The notes below the pieces were generated by a model. It was not told where the DNA came from, made no database searches, and saw nothing but the letters and a program-made list of their open reading frames with translations. The position numbers were made by a program, and so were the translations under genes. Below are positions 1-9,828 of a stretch of DNA of 32,583 nucleotides, one piece after another. The stretch spans positions 1 through 32,583 of the forward strand of contig PWVN01000185.1 in the NCBI GenBank assembly GCA_003561835.1, read 5' to 3'. Source of the stretch: Syntrophomonadaceae bacterium. GTDB taxonomy: Bacteria > Bacillota > Dethiobacteria > PWVN01. Numbering within the stretch: the stretch's first letter is position 1; each line of letters starts with the position of its first letter.

Positions 1-1373
1 AATTGTGTGTAGATGAACCCGCGACGGGCATCACCGAACGTCACGGCATGCGACCGTCGGCTCATAAATACATAGGCTGCTCCCAGCAAAATCACCGCGA
101 CGCTTGCCTGCAAGGGATCAATAAGCGCCATCACAGCCAAACAGGCAATCGCTCCCAGCAAAGCTGTGCTCCAATGAAAACATCGGAACCGTGGTCGAAA
201 CGAGGGGTTGGCTCCAAATGCCTCGACGAAAGCCGCCACATTAATAATCAAATAGGTGCACAGAAAGAACATCGTGACCAACATCGCCACCTGATTGAAG
301 GCAGCGCCGGCATCGTCTGCTGTTGCCATCCATAAAACTCCGACCGTGACGATGAAGGTCAAAATCAGCGCCCGGCGGGGTTCATCACCTGTTTGGGTCC
401 CCGCAGCAAACAGATTCAATGGTCGCAAGAGGCGGTCGCGAGCGATGGCCTGGAGGACGCGCGGAGCCGCCAGGAAAGATGCCAACGCACTAGAGATGGT
501 TGCGGCGAACATGCCCGCCACCACTAGCGAGGCGGCCCCCAGCGCGGCATTGGCTAACAACACGCCATAGGGCGACACCCGCATGAATTCCCGCTCGCTC
601 GCCCCGCCCAGCAAAACGATCTGCAAGCCATACACGACGAATCCAACGCCAATTGCCGCCAGCGTTCCCTGGACCAGCGAGCGCCCTGGATTCTTGAGAT
701 CGCCCGACATATTGATCCCAGCCATGATCCCGGTAACCGCCGGGAAATAAATGGCAAAGACAGTCCACAAACCCACGCCCTCCGTATAATTGGGTTTCCA
801 ATTGCTTGCAAACAGATCTGCACGAAAGGACATCGCTAGTCCGGACAGGAAAGTCAAGAGGGCCAGACTGAGTACAGAAAGAATCAGAAATTGCACCTTC
901 ACAGCCCAACGGATGCCGATGTAATTGATGATAAAAAGAACAAGCGCGGTACCCAAACAAACCCAACGAAGATGATCATGAAACCAAGGGACGCTCTGCG
1001 CCATGGCCTCCGCAAATCCCAAAATGTAAAATGGAACGGAAAGCGTCTGAGCCACAAACAGGGTAATGCCAATGGCTCCGCCAAACTCAGGCCCAAGCAC
1101 CCGCGAAATCAAAAAATACGCGCCCCCGCCGTGAACTTTCGTATTCGTGGAGATGGCAGCGATAGACAAAGCTGTCAGGATAACGATGATCTCTGCAATG
1201 ATCAGAATGATCAAGGCACCCGAAACTCCCGCCTGCGCGACCACGTAGCCTGCGCGTAGAAATAGTATAACTCCCAATATCGTCAGAACCGAGGGAGTAA
1301 ATACACCAGCGAATGTTCCCAATCGATGGGGAACAGGATCTGCTTGAGCCTCATCCAGTGTCGAGTTCATCAT
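1..1373 (-). CDS. SLC12-like cation:chloride cotransporter / APC-superfamily permease, 3' end cut by the window edge
   Basis: My own minus-strand translation from ATGATG (1373/1370) runs without a stop to base 3 (457 codons): MMNSTLDEAQADPVPHRLGTFAGVFTPSVLTILGVILFLRAGYVVAQAGVSGALIILIIAEIIV...FAIYFPAVTGIMAGINMSGDLKNPGRS... It is multi-TM, and the GVFTPSVLTILGVILFLR and FPAVTGIMAG motifs are typical of the SLC12/CCC branch. It starts 11 nt after the tatC stop. It is not in the supplied ORF track, presumably because no stop codon lies inside the window. Confidence 0.75.
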   Translation of the reverse strand, partial: MMNSTLDEAQADPVPHRLGTFAGVFTPSVLTILGVILFLRAGYVVAQAGVSGALIILIIAEIIVILTALSIAAISTNTKVHGGGAYFLISRVLGPEFGGAIGITLFVAQTLSVPFYILGFAEAMAQSVPWFHDHLRWVCLGTALVLFIINYIGIRWAVKVQFLILSVLSLALLTFLSGLAMSFRADLFASNWKPNYTEGVGLWTVFAIYFPAVTGIMAGINMSGDLKNPGRSLVQGTLAAIGVGFVVYGLQIVLLGGASEREFMRVSPYGVLLANAALGAASLVVAGMFAATISSALASFLAAPRVLQAIARDRLLRPLNLFAAGTQTGDEPRRALILTFIVTVGVLWMATADDAGAAFNQVAMLVTMFFLCTYLIINVAAFVEAFGANPSFRPRFRCFHWSTALLGAIACLAVMALIDPLQASVAVILLGAAYVFMSRRSHAVTFGDARRGFIYTQ

Positions 1374-1384
1374 TAGGGGACACC

Positions 1385-2173
1385 TCAATGACGCAAATTG
1401 TGTTTTTGACGACGCTCCGAGATCTGCACCACCCAGATACAAAACTCATACAACACCACCAACGGACCGGCCATGATCACTTGTGTGATCGGATCCGGAG
1501 GTGTCAGCACCATGGCCACAATCAGCAAGATAACGATGACCAAACGTCGCCGTTGACGGAGTTGCTGCGATGAGATTAATCCCAATCGCCCCAGCACCAC
1601 AAGGATGACAGGCATTTGAAAAGCGATCCCAAACGCCAGCAACAAATGCACCACAAAAGCAACATAACTAGTCACTTGTGGCACAGGTTGGATGCCCAAC
1701 CAGTCGTGCATTCCAAACATCATCCGAAGTCCGACCGGCAGCGTGAAGGTGTATCCCAACCATACTCCCACGATAAATAGCACAATGGAGAAACCACCCG
1801 TCTGACGGATGACGGCCTTTTCCTTGTTCGTGAGCCCCGGGAAAATAAATTGTCCAATGAAGAACAGCAAAAAGGGTGCACTCAACAGCAAGCCACTCCA
1901 AAGCCCAACCCGCATGGTGACAGAAAAAGCGCCAGTCACTTCGATCGATTGCAGAAACAAGTCGGGATGTTTAACCACGCGATCCAACGGAGCCTTGAGG
2001 AAAGCAAAAATCAACGGAACAAACGGCAACGTAATGGCCGTTCCTACGGCAAGAGCAAGCGCGCAGCGGATCAACATCTGCCGCAAATCCTCCAAGTGCT
2101 CTAAAAACGGCTTGGTGACTTCTTCCTCATCATCATCCGCTAGCTGGGAGCCGACCTCAGCGGATGAGCTCAT
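1385..2173 (-). CDS. tatC: Sec-independent protein translocase subunit TatC
   Basis: 262-aa track ORF with six hydrophobic segments. The TatC-like N-terminus (FLEHLEDLRQMLIR) and C-terminal PPDPITQ motif are present. It overlaps the tatA stop by 4 nt (ATGA). Confidence 0.9.
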   Translation of the reverse strand: MSSSAEVGSQLADDDEEEVTKPFLEHLEDLRQMLIRCALALAVGTAITLPFVPLIFAFLKAPLDRVVKHPDLFLQSIEVTGAFSVTMRVGLWSGLLLSAPFLLFFIGQFIFPGLTNKEKAVIRQTGGFSIVLFIVGVWLGYTFTLPVGLRMMFGMHDWLGIQPVPQVTSYVAFVVHLLLAFGIAFQMPVILVVLGRLGLISSQQLRQRRRLVIVILLIVAMVLTPPDPITQVIMAGPLVVLYEFCIWVVQISERRQKHNLRH

Positions 2174-2508
2174 AAAGAGTCCCTCGGTGAAGACGGATCT
2201 AGATTCACGGCACCCATCGCAGCTGTCTTCTGACCTGATTGCGGATGCGGCTTCTCAGATGTCGACGCACCCTTTTTCTGAAGCTGCTTTGGAGAAACCA
2301 CAGAGTGAGGCTGTTTCAGATCATCATCCTCATCGGCATGAACGATTTCATCCGTCACTTCTCGAGCGGCACGCCGGAATTCTTCTAGGGTTCGCCCCAG
2401 CGTGCGCGCCATCCGAGGCAAATTCTTGGCCCCAAAAAGCAACAGCACGGCCAGCAGGACGAGCAATAACTCGCCACCACCGGGCGTGCCGAAGAAAGCC
2501 AGTATCAC
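2170..2508 (-). CDS. tatA: Twin-arginine translocase TatA/TatE family protein
   Basis: GTG start with GAGG about 7 nt upstream. The N-terminus GGELLLVLLAVLLLFGAKNLPRMARTLGRTLEEFRRA is the classic TatA TM plus amphipathic helix (FGxxKLP). It has a long acidic/polar tail and sits immediately upstream of tatC. Confidence 0.85.
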   Translation of the reverse strand: MILAFFGTPGGGELLLVLLAVLLLFGAKNLPRMARTLGRTLEEFRRAAREVTDEIVHADEDDDLKQPHSVVSPKQLQKKGASTSEKPHPQSGQKTAAMGAVNLDPSSPRDSL

Positions 2509-2516
2509 GCCTGCCT

Positions 2517-2930
2517 CTATCGTGTGACAATAAATTCAGACCGGCGGTTTTGTCTCCACGCCTCTTCGTTGTGGCCGAAAGCCACCGGTCGCTCAGCACC
2601 AAAACTGCGCGTCTGGAGACGAGATCCATCAATACCCAATCCGATCAAATAAGCGCGGGCAGCCAACGCACGCCGCTCGCCGAGAGACAAGTTGTAGGCT
2701 CGACTGCCGCGTTCATCCGTGTGCCCTTCGACGATCACATTCACTGAAGGGTTCCGTCGCATGTAAGCGGCCACTTCTTCCAGCTTCCACCGTTCTGGTT
2801 CGGCAATCTGAGCACTATCAAACGCAAACAAAACTGCTTCAAATTGTCCTTCGATATGCTCTCCATCAAAGGCGCTTCGAGGTCCCAAGCCATCCGTAAA
2901 AATATTATCTCCGGGGAGTCCACCAACCCC
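2517..2930 (-). CDS. OmpA_C / Pal-like peptidoglycan-binding protein, 5'-truncated at the breakpoint
   Basis: The OmpA C-terminal domain is readable: FAFDSAQI...[31 protein letters not shown]...GAERPVA. The frame stays open upstream of the track's TTG (2888) to 2948 (..[14 protein letters not shown]..). There is no signal peptide, lipobox or credible start, so the N-terminal part is missing. Confidence 0.75.
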   Translation of the reverse strand, partial: GVGGLPGDNIFTDGLGPRSAFDGEHIEGQFEAVLFAFDSAQIAEPERWKLEEVAAYMRRNPSVNVIVEGHTDERGSRAYNLSLGERRALAARAYLIGLGIDGSRLQTRSFGAERPVAFGHNEEAWRQNRRSEFIVTR

Positions 2931-2931
2931 G

Positions 2932-2952
2932 GTGGAAGAATTGCAGGGTTAG
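2932..2952 (+). pseudogene. rpsE: Terminal fragment (last ~6 codons plus stop) of ribosomal protein S5 gene
   Basis: The plus frame reads ..VEELQG* with its stop at 2950-2952, 11 nt before the rpmD ATG. S5 proteins end in GK-x-VEE-hL-G, and rpsE canonically precedes rpmD. The rest of the gene is absent. Confidence 0.4.
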
Positions 2953-2963
2953 GAGGAAAGAAC

Positions 2964-3152
2964 ATGAGCAAGGAGATAAAAATCACCCTTATACACAGCC
3001 CCATCGGCAGAAGCCAGCGGCAGAAGGATACCGTCAAGGCCCTGGGGTTCACCAAAATGTACCAGACGGTGTCAAAGCCCGATTCGCCGGCCATCCGGGG
3101 AATGATCGCCAAGGTTTCCCATCTGCTTCGGGTTGAGGAAGCGGGTTCCTAG
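2964..3152 (+). CDS. rpmD: 50S ribosomal protein L30
   Basis: ATG at 2964 preceded by AGGAGGA (2951-2957). The 62-aa product is [29 protein letters not shown]... The track ORF 2844..3152 carries a spurious N-terminal extension across the breakpoint. Confidence 0.95.
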   Translation: MSKEIKITLIHSPIGRSQRQKDTVKALGFTKMYQTVSKPDSPAIRGMIAKVSHLLRVEEAGS

Positions 3153-3178
3153 GCGGCGACTAAAAAGGAGGTGTACGA

Positions 3179-3616
3179 ATGCGGCTCCATGAACTGAAAC
3201 CCGATACGGGTACAACCGGAAGAAAACGCAAAGGCAGGGGGATCGGTTCCGGCCTGGGGAAAACCGCCGGCCGGGGGCAAAAAGGCCAAAAATCCCGCTC
3301 CGGCGGCGGCGTGCGGCCCGGATTCGAGGGGGGACAGATGCCCCTGCAGCAGCGCCTGCCCAAACGCGGCTTTACCAACCTGGCCCGCCGGGAATTTTCC
3401 GAAGTGAATGTGGAAGTCTTGAACCGCTTCGAGAACGACACGGTGGTGACCCCCGAAATGCTGCTTGAGGCGGGCTGTGTGAAAAAACTGCAGGCCGGCC
3501 TGAAGGTCCTGGGCCGGGGGGAACTGGAACGGAACCTGACGGTCAGGGCCCATAAATTCAGTAAAGCGGCTGCAGAAAAGATCGAGGCCGCAGGCGGCAA
3601 GGCAGAGGTGATATAA
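3179..3616 (+). CDS. rplO: 50S ribosomal protein L15
   Basis: MRLHELKP...[38 protein letters not shown] is the canonical L15 N-terminus. The position between rpmD and secY also fits. Confidence 0.95.
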   Translation: MRLHELKPDTGTTGRKRKGRGIGSGLGKTAGRGQKGQKSRSGGGVRPGFEGGQMPLQQRLPKRGFTNLARREFSEVNVEVLNRFENDTVVTPEMLLEAGCVKKLQAGLKVLGRGELERNLTVRAHKFSKAAAEKIEAAGGKAEVI

Positions 3617-4876
3617 GTGCTGGAAACCCTACGGACAGCGTGGAAAATCAAGGACTTGCGGCAAAAGATTCTCTTTACCCTTTCCATGCTCTTTGTTTTC
3701 CGCCTGGGCTCCTTCATTCCCATCCCGGGGGTGGACCCCTCCAGGCTGCAGGAACTCTTTCAGGGGGACAACCTTTTTGGCCTTATGAACGTGATCACGG
3801 GGGACGCCTTGAGCCGGTTTTCCATCTTCGCCATGGGCATTTTCCCCTATATCAACGCTTCCATCATCATGAACCTGTTGACCATCGTCATCCCCAAACT
3901 GGAGCAACTGGCCAAGGAAGGGGAAGAGGGGCGGAAGAAAATTGCCCAGTTCACCCGCTACGGGACAGTGCTCCTGGCCCTGATCCAGGCCACGGGCATG
4001 ACCTTTACCCCCTTTATCCAGCAGGCCGTCATCAACCGGGGGGGCTTTGCCAACTTCACCATCATCATATCCCTGACGGCGGGGACCGCCTTCCTCATGT
4101 GGCTGGGGGAAATGATCACGGATCGGGGGATCGGCAACGGCATATCCCTCATCATCTTTGCCGGCATCATCGCCGGGTTTCCCTCGGCAGCGGCCGTCCT
4201 CATCGAGACGGTGCGGGTGGGTGAGGCCAGCATCATCCTGGCCGTCGTTGTTGTCCTTATCCTCGTCGGCCTCCTGGTGGGGATCGTGGGGCTGGAAGAG
4301 GGGCAGCGGCGCATCCCCGTCCAGTATGCCAAGCGGATCGTGGGCCGCCGCATGTACGGCGGGCAGTCCACCCACATACCCCTGAAGGTGAACCAGGCCG
4401 GCGTGATTCCCGTCATTTTTGCCTCCGCCATCCTGACCCTGCCGGCCACCCTCGCCCAGTTCATCGACCAGCCCATCGTCAACCGCATCGGGGATGCCCT
4501 GACCTTCGGCAGGCCCTTGAACACCGTTTTGTACTTTATGCTGATTTTCTTTTTCACTTTTTTCTACACGGCCATTCAGTTCGACCCCATGAAGGTATCG
4601 GGGGACATGAAGAAGTACGGCGGGTTCATCCCGGGGCTGCGGCCCGGGCGGCCCACGGCTGAGTACCTGGCCCGGGTTTCTTCCCGCCTGACCTTTGCCG
4701 GCGCCCTGGCCTTAGCTTCCATCGCCGTAATGCCCATCCTCTTTCAGAATGCCACCCGGGTCAACATGATGTTCTCCGGGACGGGCCTCATCATCATCGT
4801 GGGGGTGGCCCTGGAGACCATGAAGCAGATCGAAACCCACATGCTGATGCGGAACTACCAGGGGTTCATGAAATAG
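3617..4876 (+). CDS. secY: Preprotein translocase subunit SecY
   Basis: GTG start directly after the rplO stop. The 419-aa, 10-TM protein begins ..DLRQKILFTLSMLFVFRLGSFIPIPGVD. Confidence 0.95.
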   Translation: MLETLRTAWKIKDLRQKILFTLSMLFVFRLGSFIPIPGVDPSRLQELFQGDNLFGLMNVITGDALSRFSIFAMGIFPYINASIIMNLLTIVIPKLEQLAKEGEEGRKKIAQFTRYGTVLLALIQATGMTFTPFIQQAVINRGGFANFTIIISLTAGTAFLMWLGEMITDRGIGNGISLIIFAGIIAGFPSAAAVLIETVRVGEASIILAVVVVLILVGLLVGIVGLEEGQRRIPVQYAKRIVGRRMYGGQSTHIPLKVNQAGVIPVIFASAILTLPATLAQFIDQPIVNRIGDALTFGRPLNTVLYFMLIFFFTFFYTAIQFDPMKVSGDMKKYGGFIPGLRPGRPTAEYLARVSSRLTFAGALALASIAVMPILFQNATRVNMMFSGTGLIIIVGVALETMKQIETHMLMRNYQGFMK

Positions 4877-4889
4877 CGGGGGGCGACGG

Positions 4890-5636
4890 ATGATAACCCA
4901 CAAGTCTTCCCGAGAGTTGGAATTGATGCGCCGGGCCGGCAGGATCGTGGCCGAAGCCCTGGACATCATGAAGGGGGCCATCCGCCCGGGGCTGGCCACC
5001 CTGGAACTGGACCGCCTGGCGGAGAAGCACATCCGGAGAGAGGGGGGAATTCCCGCCTTCAAGGGCTACCGGGGTTTTCCCGCCAGCATCTGCGCCTCCG
5101 TCAATGAGGAGGTGGTCCACGGGATCCCGGGCCTTCGCCGCCTGAAAGAGGGCGATATCATCAGCATTGATGTGGGTGTCCAGTACCAGGGTTACTTCGG
5201 GGATGCGGCCGCCACCTTTCCCGTGGGCCAAATAGAGGAGGAGGCAGAGTGCCTCATCCGGGTCACCCGGCGGGCCCTGGAAGCGGGGATCCAGCAGACC
5301 AGGGAAGGAAATTTTTTGAGCGATATATCCAATGCCGTCCAGACCTATGCCGAAAGCCGGGGGTTTTCCGTGGTCCGGAACTACGTGGGCCACGGCATCG
5401 GCTCCGAGATGCACGAGGAACCCCAGGTCCCCAACTTCGGGCCGCCGGGCCGGGGGCCAAAACTCTCCTCCGGCATGACCCTGGCCATCGAACCCATGGT
5501 CAATGCCGGCACCTGGCAGGTGGACACCCTGGCTGACGAATGGACGGTGGTTACCCAGGACGGCCGGCTCTCGGCCCACTTTGAACACACCGTGGCCATC
5601 GTTAAAGGGTGCCCGGAAGTTTTAACGGTCCTGTAA
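4890..5636 (+). CDS. map: Type I methionine aminopeptidase
   Basis: 248 aa containing ..HGIPG..GDIISIDVG...HGIG..HEEP..EPM.. metal-ligand motifs. Confidence 0.95.
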   Translation: MITHKSSRELELMRRAGRIVAEALDIMKGAIRPGLATLELDRLAEKHIRREGGIPAFKGYRGFPASICASVNEEVVHGIPGLRRLKEGDIISIDVGVQYQGYFGDAAATFPVGQIEEEAECLIRVTRRALEAGIQQTREGNFLSDISNAVQTYAESRGFSVVRNYVGHGIGSEMHEEPQVPNFGPPGRGPKLSSGMTLAIEPMVNAGTWQVDTLADEWTVVTQDGRLSAHFEHTVAIVKGCPEVLTVL

Positions 5637-5702
5637 GGGCCCAAATACCCGGACAGCTGAACGCAGGCAGCCGAGCCGGGCAAAGGGAGGGAAGATATCT
5701 GG

Positions 5703-5924
5703 ATGTCCAAAAAAAAGGACGCCATTGAGGTGGAGGGAAAGGTTGTCGAACCCCTGCCAAATGCCATGTTCCGCGTGGAATTAAAGAATGGCCATAAAAT
5801 ACTGGCCCATGTTTCCGGGAAGATCCGCATGAACTTCATCCGCATCCTGCCGGGAGACAGGGTCTTGGTTGAGTTGTCCCCTTACGATTTGCAGCGGGGC
5901 CGGATAACTTACCGTTTCAAATAA
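5703..5924 (+). CDS. infA: Translation initiation factor IF-1
   Basis: 73 aa: [54 protein letters not shown].. This is essentially the consensus IF-1. Confidence 0.97.
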   Translation: MSKKKDAIEVEGKVVEPLPNAMFRVELKNGHKILAHVSGKIRMNFIRILPGDRVLVELSPYDLQRGRITYRFK

Positions 5925-5931
5925 GCCATAG

Positions 5932-6057
<126 letters not shown>

Positions 6058-6129
6058 GAAGTATATTTTACCATCTGGTAGGGAAACCTAATTGCATTGT
6101 CAACTTTTTGCCATACAGGAGGTGTAGAA

Positions 6130-6501
6130 ATGGCTCGTATTGCAGGTATCGACCTGCCCCGGGAGAAGCGAGTGGAAATCGCTCTGACTTATATCTACGG
6201 CATCGGACGCTCCACGTCCAGAAAGATCCTGAATTCCACCAAGGTCAACTCCGACACCCGGGTCAGGGATTTGACGGAAGATGAAGTGGCCCGCCTCAGG
6301 GAATATATCGATAGAGGGGTCAAGGTGGAGGGAGACCTGCGCCGGGAAATCACCATGAATATCAAAAGGCTCATGGAGATCGGCTGCTACCGGGGAATCC
6401 GGCACCGACGGGGCATGCCCGTGCGGGGCCAGACCACGAAAAACAACGCCCGCACCCGCAAGGGACCCAAACGGACCGTGGGCATCAGAAGGAAAAAATA
6501 G
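6130..6501 (+). CDS. rpsM: 30S ribosomal protein S13
   Basis: [30 protein letters not shown].. AGGAGG lies 8 nt upstream of the ATG at 6130. The track ORF starts 33 nt earlier. Confidence 0.95.
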   Translation: MARIAGIDLPREKRVEIALTYIYGIGRSTSRKILNSTKVNSDTRVRDLTEDEVARLREYIDRGVKVEGDLRREITMNIKRLMEIGCYRGIRHRRGMPVRGQTTKNNARTRKGPKRTVGIRRKK

Positions 6502-6516
6502 AAGGGGGGAACTGCG

Positions 6517-6909
6517 TTGGCTCGAAGAAAAACCGCCCGTACCAAACGGAGGGACCGCAAGAATATTGAGCATGGCATTGCCCATATCAAGTCTACCTTT
6601 AACAATACCATCGTCAGCATTTCCGACCTCAAGGGGAACAGCATAGCCTGGTCCAGCGCCGGGAATGTGGGCTTCAAGGGATCCCGCAAGTCCACGCCCT
6701 TTGCCGCCCAGCTGGCGGCCGACAGCGCCGCCAAGGCGGCCATGGAGCACGGGATGCGGGAAGTGGAAGTGTATGTGAAGGGCCCGGGGGCCGGCCGGGA
6801 AGCCGCCATCAGGTCCCTGCAGGCCGCCGGCCTGGAAGTGAACATGATCAAGGATGTTACACCCATTCCCCATAATGGCTGCCGCCCACCAAAACGGCGC
6901 CGGGTATAA
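6517..6909 (+). CDS. rpsK: 30S ribosomal protein S11
   Basis: TTG start. The product reads ..[45 protein letters not shown].. Confidence 0.95.
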   Translation: MARRKTARTKRRDRKNIEHGIAHIKSTFNNTIVSISDLKGNSIAWSSAGNVGFKGSRKSTPFAAQLAADSAAKAAMEHGMREVEVYVKGPGAGREAAIRSLQAAGLEVNMIKDVTPIPHNGCRPPKRRRV

Positions 6910-6939
6910 GAAGTGAAGCAGGAGGTGCAAGGATAAAGG

Positions 6940-7566
6940 ATGGCTCGTTACAAAGATTCGGTTTGCAGGCTCTGCCGACGGGAAGGAACGAAATTGTATT
7001 TAAAAGGCGAAAGGTGCTACACGGATAAATGTGCCGTGAGCCGCCGGGCCTATGCCCCCGGCCAGCACGGCCAGCGGCGGACAAAGGTCTCGGAATACGG
7101 TACCCAGCTCAGGGAAAAGCAGAAGGCCCGCCGCATCTACGGGGTCCTGGAAGGCCAGTTCCGGAAATACTTTAAGGAAGCCGACCGGCGCAGGGGGATC
7201 ACCGGGGAGAACCTGTTGCGGATCCTGGAAAGCCGCCTGGACAATGTGGTTTTCAGGCTGGGCTTTGCCCTGTCCCGGGCTGAAGGCCGCCACATGGTGC
7301 GCCACGGCCACATCAACGTCAACGGACGCAGGGTGGACATCCCCTCCTACCAGGTAAAGCCCGGGGATGTGGTCAGCGTGGGAGACAAGGGCAGGAAGAA
7401 TGCCCGCATCAAGGAAGTGGTAGAAATTATGGAAGGCCAGGGGACGCTGGAATGGTTGGAAGTGGACAGGGAAAACCTGGTGGGCAAAGTCCTCCGGGTT
7501 CCCAGCCGGGATGAAATCGATATCCCCGTCCAGGAACACCTGATCGTGGAGCTTTACTCCCGTTAA
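6940..7566 (+). CDS. rpsD: 30S ribosomal protein S4
   Basis: [32 protein letters not shown].. contains the S4 zinc-ribbon-like N-terminus, and an S4 RNA-binding domain follows. Confidence 0.95.
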   Translation: MARYKDSVCRLCRREGTKLYLKGERCYTDKCAVSRRAYAPGQHGQRRTKVSEYGTQLREKQKARRIYGVLEGQFRKYFKEADRRRGITGENLLRILESRLDNVVFRLGFALSRAEGRHMVRHGHINVNGRRVDIPSYQVKPGDVVSVGDKGRKNARIKEVVEIMEGQGTLEWLEVDRENLVGKVLRVPSRDEIDIPVQEHLIVELYSR

Positions 7567-7625
7567 GCCGCTGCCAGAGGATCCGGCGAAAACCCATTTG
7601 GGCAAAGGAGGGCTTATAATCAATT

Positions 7626-8573
7626 ATGATAGAAATTGAAAAGCCGAGGATTGAGAGAGTAAAGGGCAATGAGGAGAACACGTACGGAAGTTTTGTGATC
7701 GAACCCCTGGAACGGGGGTACGGCATTACCCTGGGCAATTCTCTCAGGCGGATACTCCTTTCCTCCCTTCCTGGTACGGCCATTACAGCCATAAAGATTG
7801 ACGGTATTCTGCATGAATTCTCAACCATACCCGGAGTGGTGGAAGATACCATAGAGATGATTTTGCACCTGAAAGAACTATCCATGAAGATCTACAGCGA
7901 CGAACCCCAGACCCTCATCATCGAGAGGGAGGGGGACGGCGCCATCTACGCCCGGGACATCAAGGTGCCCGCGGATGTGGAAGTCCTAAACCCGGACCTC
8001 TATATCGCCACCATGGAAAAGGGGGCCAAGCTGTACATGGAGATGACGGCTTCCGTAGGCCGGGGGTATGTGCCGGCGGAGCGGAACAAGCAGGCGAACC
8101 AACCCCTGGGCGTCATTCCCGTAGACTCCATCTTCACCCCCATCCGCAGGGTCAACTACAGGGTGGAAGACACCCGGGTGGGCCAGATTACCGACTACGA
8201 CAAGCTGACCCTGGAAGTTTGGACGGACGGCAGCATCAAGCCCGATGAGGCCATCAGCCTGGGCGCCAAAATTTTGAACAAGCACCTGAGCCTCTTCGTG
8301 AACCTGACGGAAAAGGTCGATGAGGTGGAGATCACCACGGAAAAAGATGAAGACGAGCGGGAGAGGATTCTGGACATGACCATCGAGGAACTGGACCTGT
8401 CCGTCCGCTCCTACAACTGCCTCAAGCGGGCCGGCATCAACACGGTGGGGGAACTCATCAACAAGACGGAAGATGACATGATGAAGGTCCGCAACCTGGG
8501 GAAGAAATCCTTGGAGGAAGTCCAGCAGAAGCTGGCGGAGTTGAACTTTTCCCTCAAGGAAAGCCATGAATAG
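7626..8573 (+). CDS. rpoA: DNA-directed RNA polymerase subunit alpha
   Basis: 315 aa beginning [41 protein letters not shown].., with the C-terminal domain ..[22 protein letters not shown].. Confidence 0.95.
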   Translation: MIEIEKPRIERVKGNEENTYGSFVIEPLERGYGITLGNSLRRILLSSLPGTAITAIKIDGILHEFSTIPGVVEDTIEMILHLKELSMKIYSDEPQTLIIEREGDGAIYARDIKVPADVEVLNPDLYIATMEKGAKLYMEMTASVGRGYVPAERNKQANQPLGVIPVDSIFTPIRRVNYRVEDTRVGQITDYDKLTLEVWTDGSIKPDEAISLGAKILNKHLSLFVNLTEKVDEVEITTEKDEDERERILDMTIEELDLSVRSYNCLKRAGINTVGELINKTEDDMMKVRNLGKKSLEEVQQKLAELNFSLKESHE

Positions 8574-8590
8574 AAAAGGAGGGAGCAGGG

Positions 8591-8932
8591 TTGGCCGACT
8601 CGAAACTGGGACGCAGGAGCGAAGCCCGCAAAGCCTTATTGCGCAACATGGTAACTTCGCTTTTACGGTCCAAACGGATTGAAACAACAGAAACCAAGGC
8701 CAAGGAAGCCCGCATCATTGCGGAACGGATGATTACCCTGGCCAAGCGGGGGGACCTGCATGCCAGGCGTCAGGCCCTGGCTTATCTCTTGGATGAAGAT
8801 GTGGTCAAGGACCTCTTCGACAACCTGGCCATCAAATATGATGACCGCCAGGGGGGCTACACCCGGATCATCAAAAAAGGCCCCCGTCGGGGCGACGGCG
8901 CCCCCGTTGTCATCCTGGAGATGGTTGAATAA
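8591..8932 (+). CDS. rplQ: 50S ribosomal protein L17
   Basis: TTG start. The product reads ..[35 protein letters not shown]... and the gene follows rpoA. Confidence 0.93.
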   Translation: MADSKLGRRSEARKALLRNMVTSLLRSKRIETTETKAKEARIIAERMITLAKRGDLHARRQALAYLLDEDVVKDLFDNLAIKYDDRQGGYTRIIKKGPRRGDGAPVVILEMVE

Positions 8933-8941
8933 GGACCAAAA

Positions 8942-8969
8942 GGGCAGAAGCAGGGTTTCTGTCCTTTTT
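8942..8969 (+). terminator. Rho-independent terminator after rplQ
   Basis: GGGCAGAA (8942-8949) pairs with TTCTGTCC (8957-8964), including one G-U pair, around a 7-nt loop. It is followed by TTTTT. Confidence 0.6.
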
Positions 8970-9003
8970 CACGCAGGAGGTTTTTTTGGGGGGGGCAGGG
9001 GAC

Positions 9004-9828
9004 ATGATTTCGGTGCAGGATCTTTTCTTTACCTATGAGAAGGCGGGAGAGGAAGGGGCAAAGGCCCTTAACGGCATCAACCTTACCATAGACCGGGGGG
9101 AGTATACGGCCGTCATCGGCCACAACGGTTCGGGGAAATCCACCCTGGCCAAGCATTTCAATGCCCTTCTGACCCCCACCGCCGGGGAAGTCCTGGTGGA
9201 TGGCATGTCCACCCGGGAACGAAAGTACCTCTACGAGATCCGCCAGCGGGTGGGTATGGTTTTTCAAAACCCGGACAACCAGATTGTGGCCACCACCGTG
9301 GAAGAGGATGTGGCCTTCGGCCCCGAAAATCTGGGGCTCCCCCCCCGGGAAATCCGGGAGCGGGTGGCGGAAGCCCTGGAACTGGTCCGCATGGCGGACA
9401 TGCGCCGGCATGCCCCCCACCTCCTTTCGGGAGGGCAGAAACAGCGGGTGGCCATCGCCGGGGTCATCGCCATGCGGCCCAGGTGCCTGGTCCTGGATGA
9501 ACCCACGGCCATGTTGGACCCCCGGGGCCGGGAGGAAGTCCTGCAGACGGTTCTCCGCCTCAACGAGGAGGAGGGCATCACCGTCATCTATATCACCCAC
9601 TTCATGGAAGAGGCCCGCCGGGCCCGCAGCCTGGTGGTCATGGACCGGGGACGGATCGTCCTTAAGGGCCCTCCCCGCCAGGTCTTTGCCCGGGGAGACC
9701 TGCTGCGGTCCCTGGGGCTGGAAGTCCCCCCCGTCACGGAGCTGGCCCAGCGCCTCAAGGGCCGGGGCCTTCCGGTGGCCCCGGACATCCTGGATGCCGA
9801 GGAGCTGGTAACTTCGCTATGCTCCTAG
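9004..9828 (+). CDS. ecfA1: ECF transporter ATPase component EcfA1
   Basis: MISVQDLFFTYE.. with Walker A GHNGSGKST, signature LSGGQKQRVAIAG and Walker B LVLDEPT. The start is taken at ATG 9004 rather than the track's 8986. Confidence 0.9.
   Translation: MISVQDLFFTYEKAGEEGAKALNGINLTIDRGEYTAVIGHNGSGKSTLAKHFNALLTPTAGEVLVDGMSTRERKYLYEIRQRVGMVFQNPDNQIVATTVEEDVAFGPENLGLPPREIRERVAEALELVRMADMRRHAPHLLSGGQKQRVAIAGVIAMRPRCLVLDEPTAMLDPRGREEVLQTVLRLNEEEGITVIYITHFMEEARRARSLVVMDRGRIVLKGPPRQVFARGDLLRSLGLEVPPVTELAQRLKGRGLPVAPDILDAEELVTSLCS

Noticed and set aside
3-1259. Track ORFs 3..335, 295..570, 490..966, 554..823, 891..1259 and 899..1096
   Set aside because: All overlap the long minus-strand permease frame (1..1373) in other frames or antisense. 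None has protein-like composition.
2844-2963. N-terminal 40 codons of track ORF 2844..3152
   Set aside because: This extension crosses the breakpoint and overlaps the OmpA-like gene antisense. L30 starts at ATG 2964 with its own AGGAGGA.
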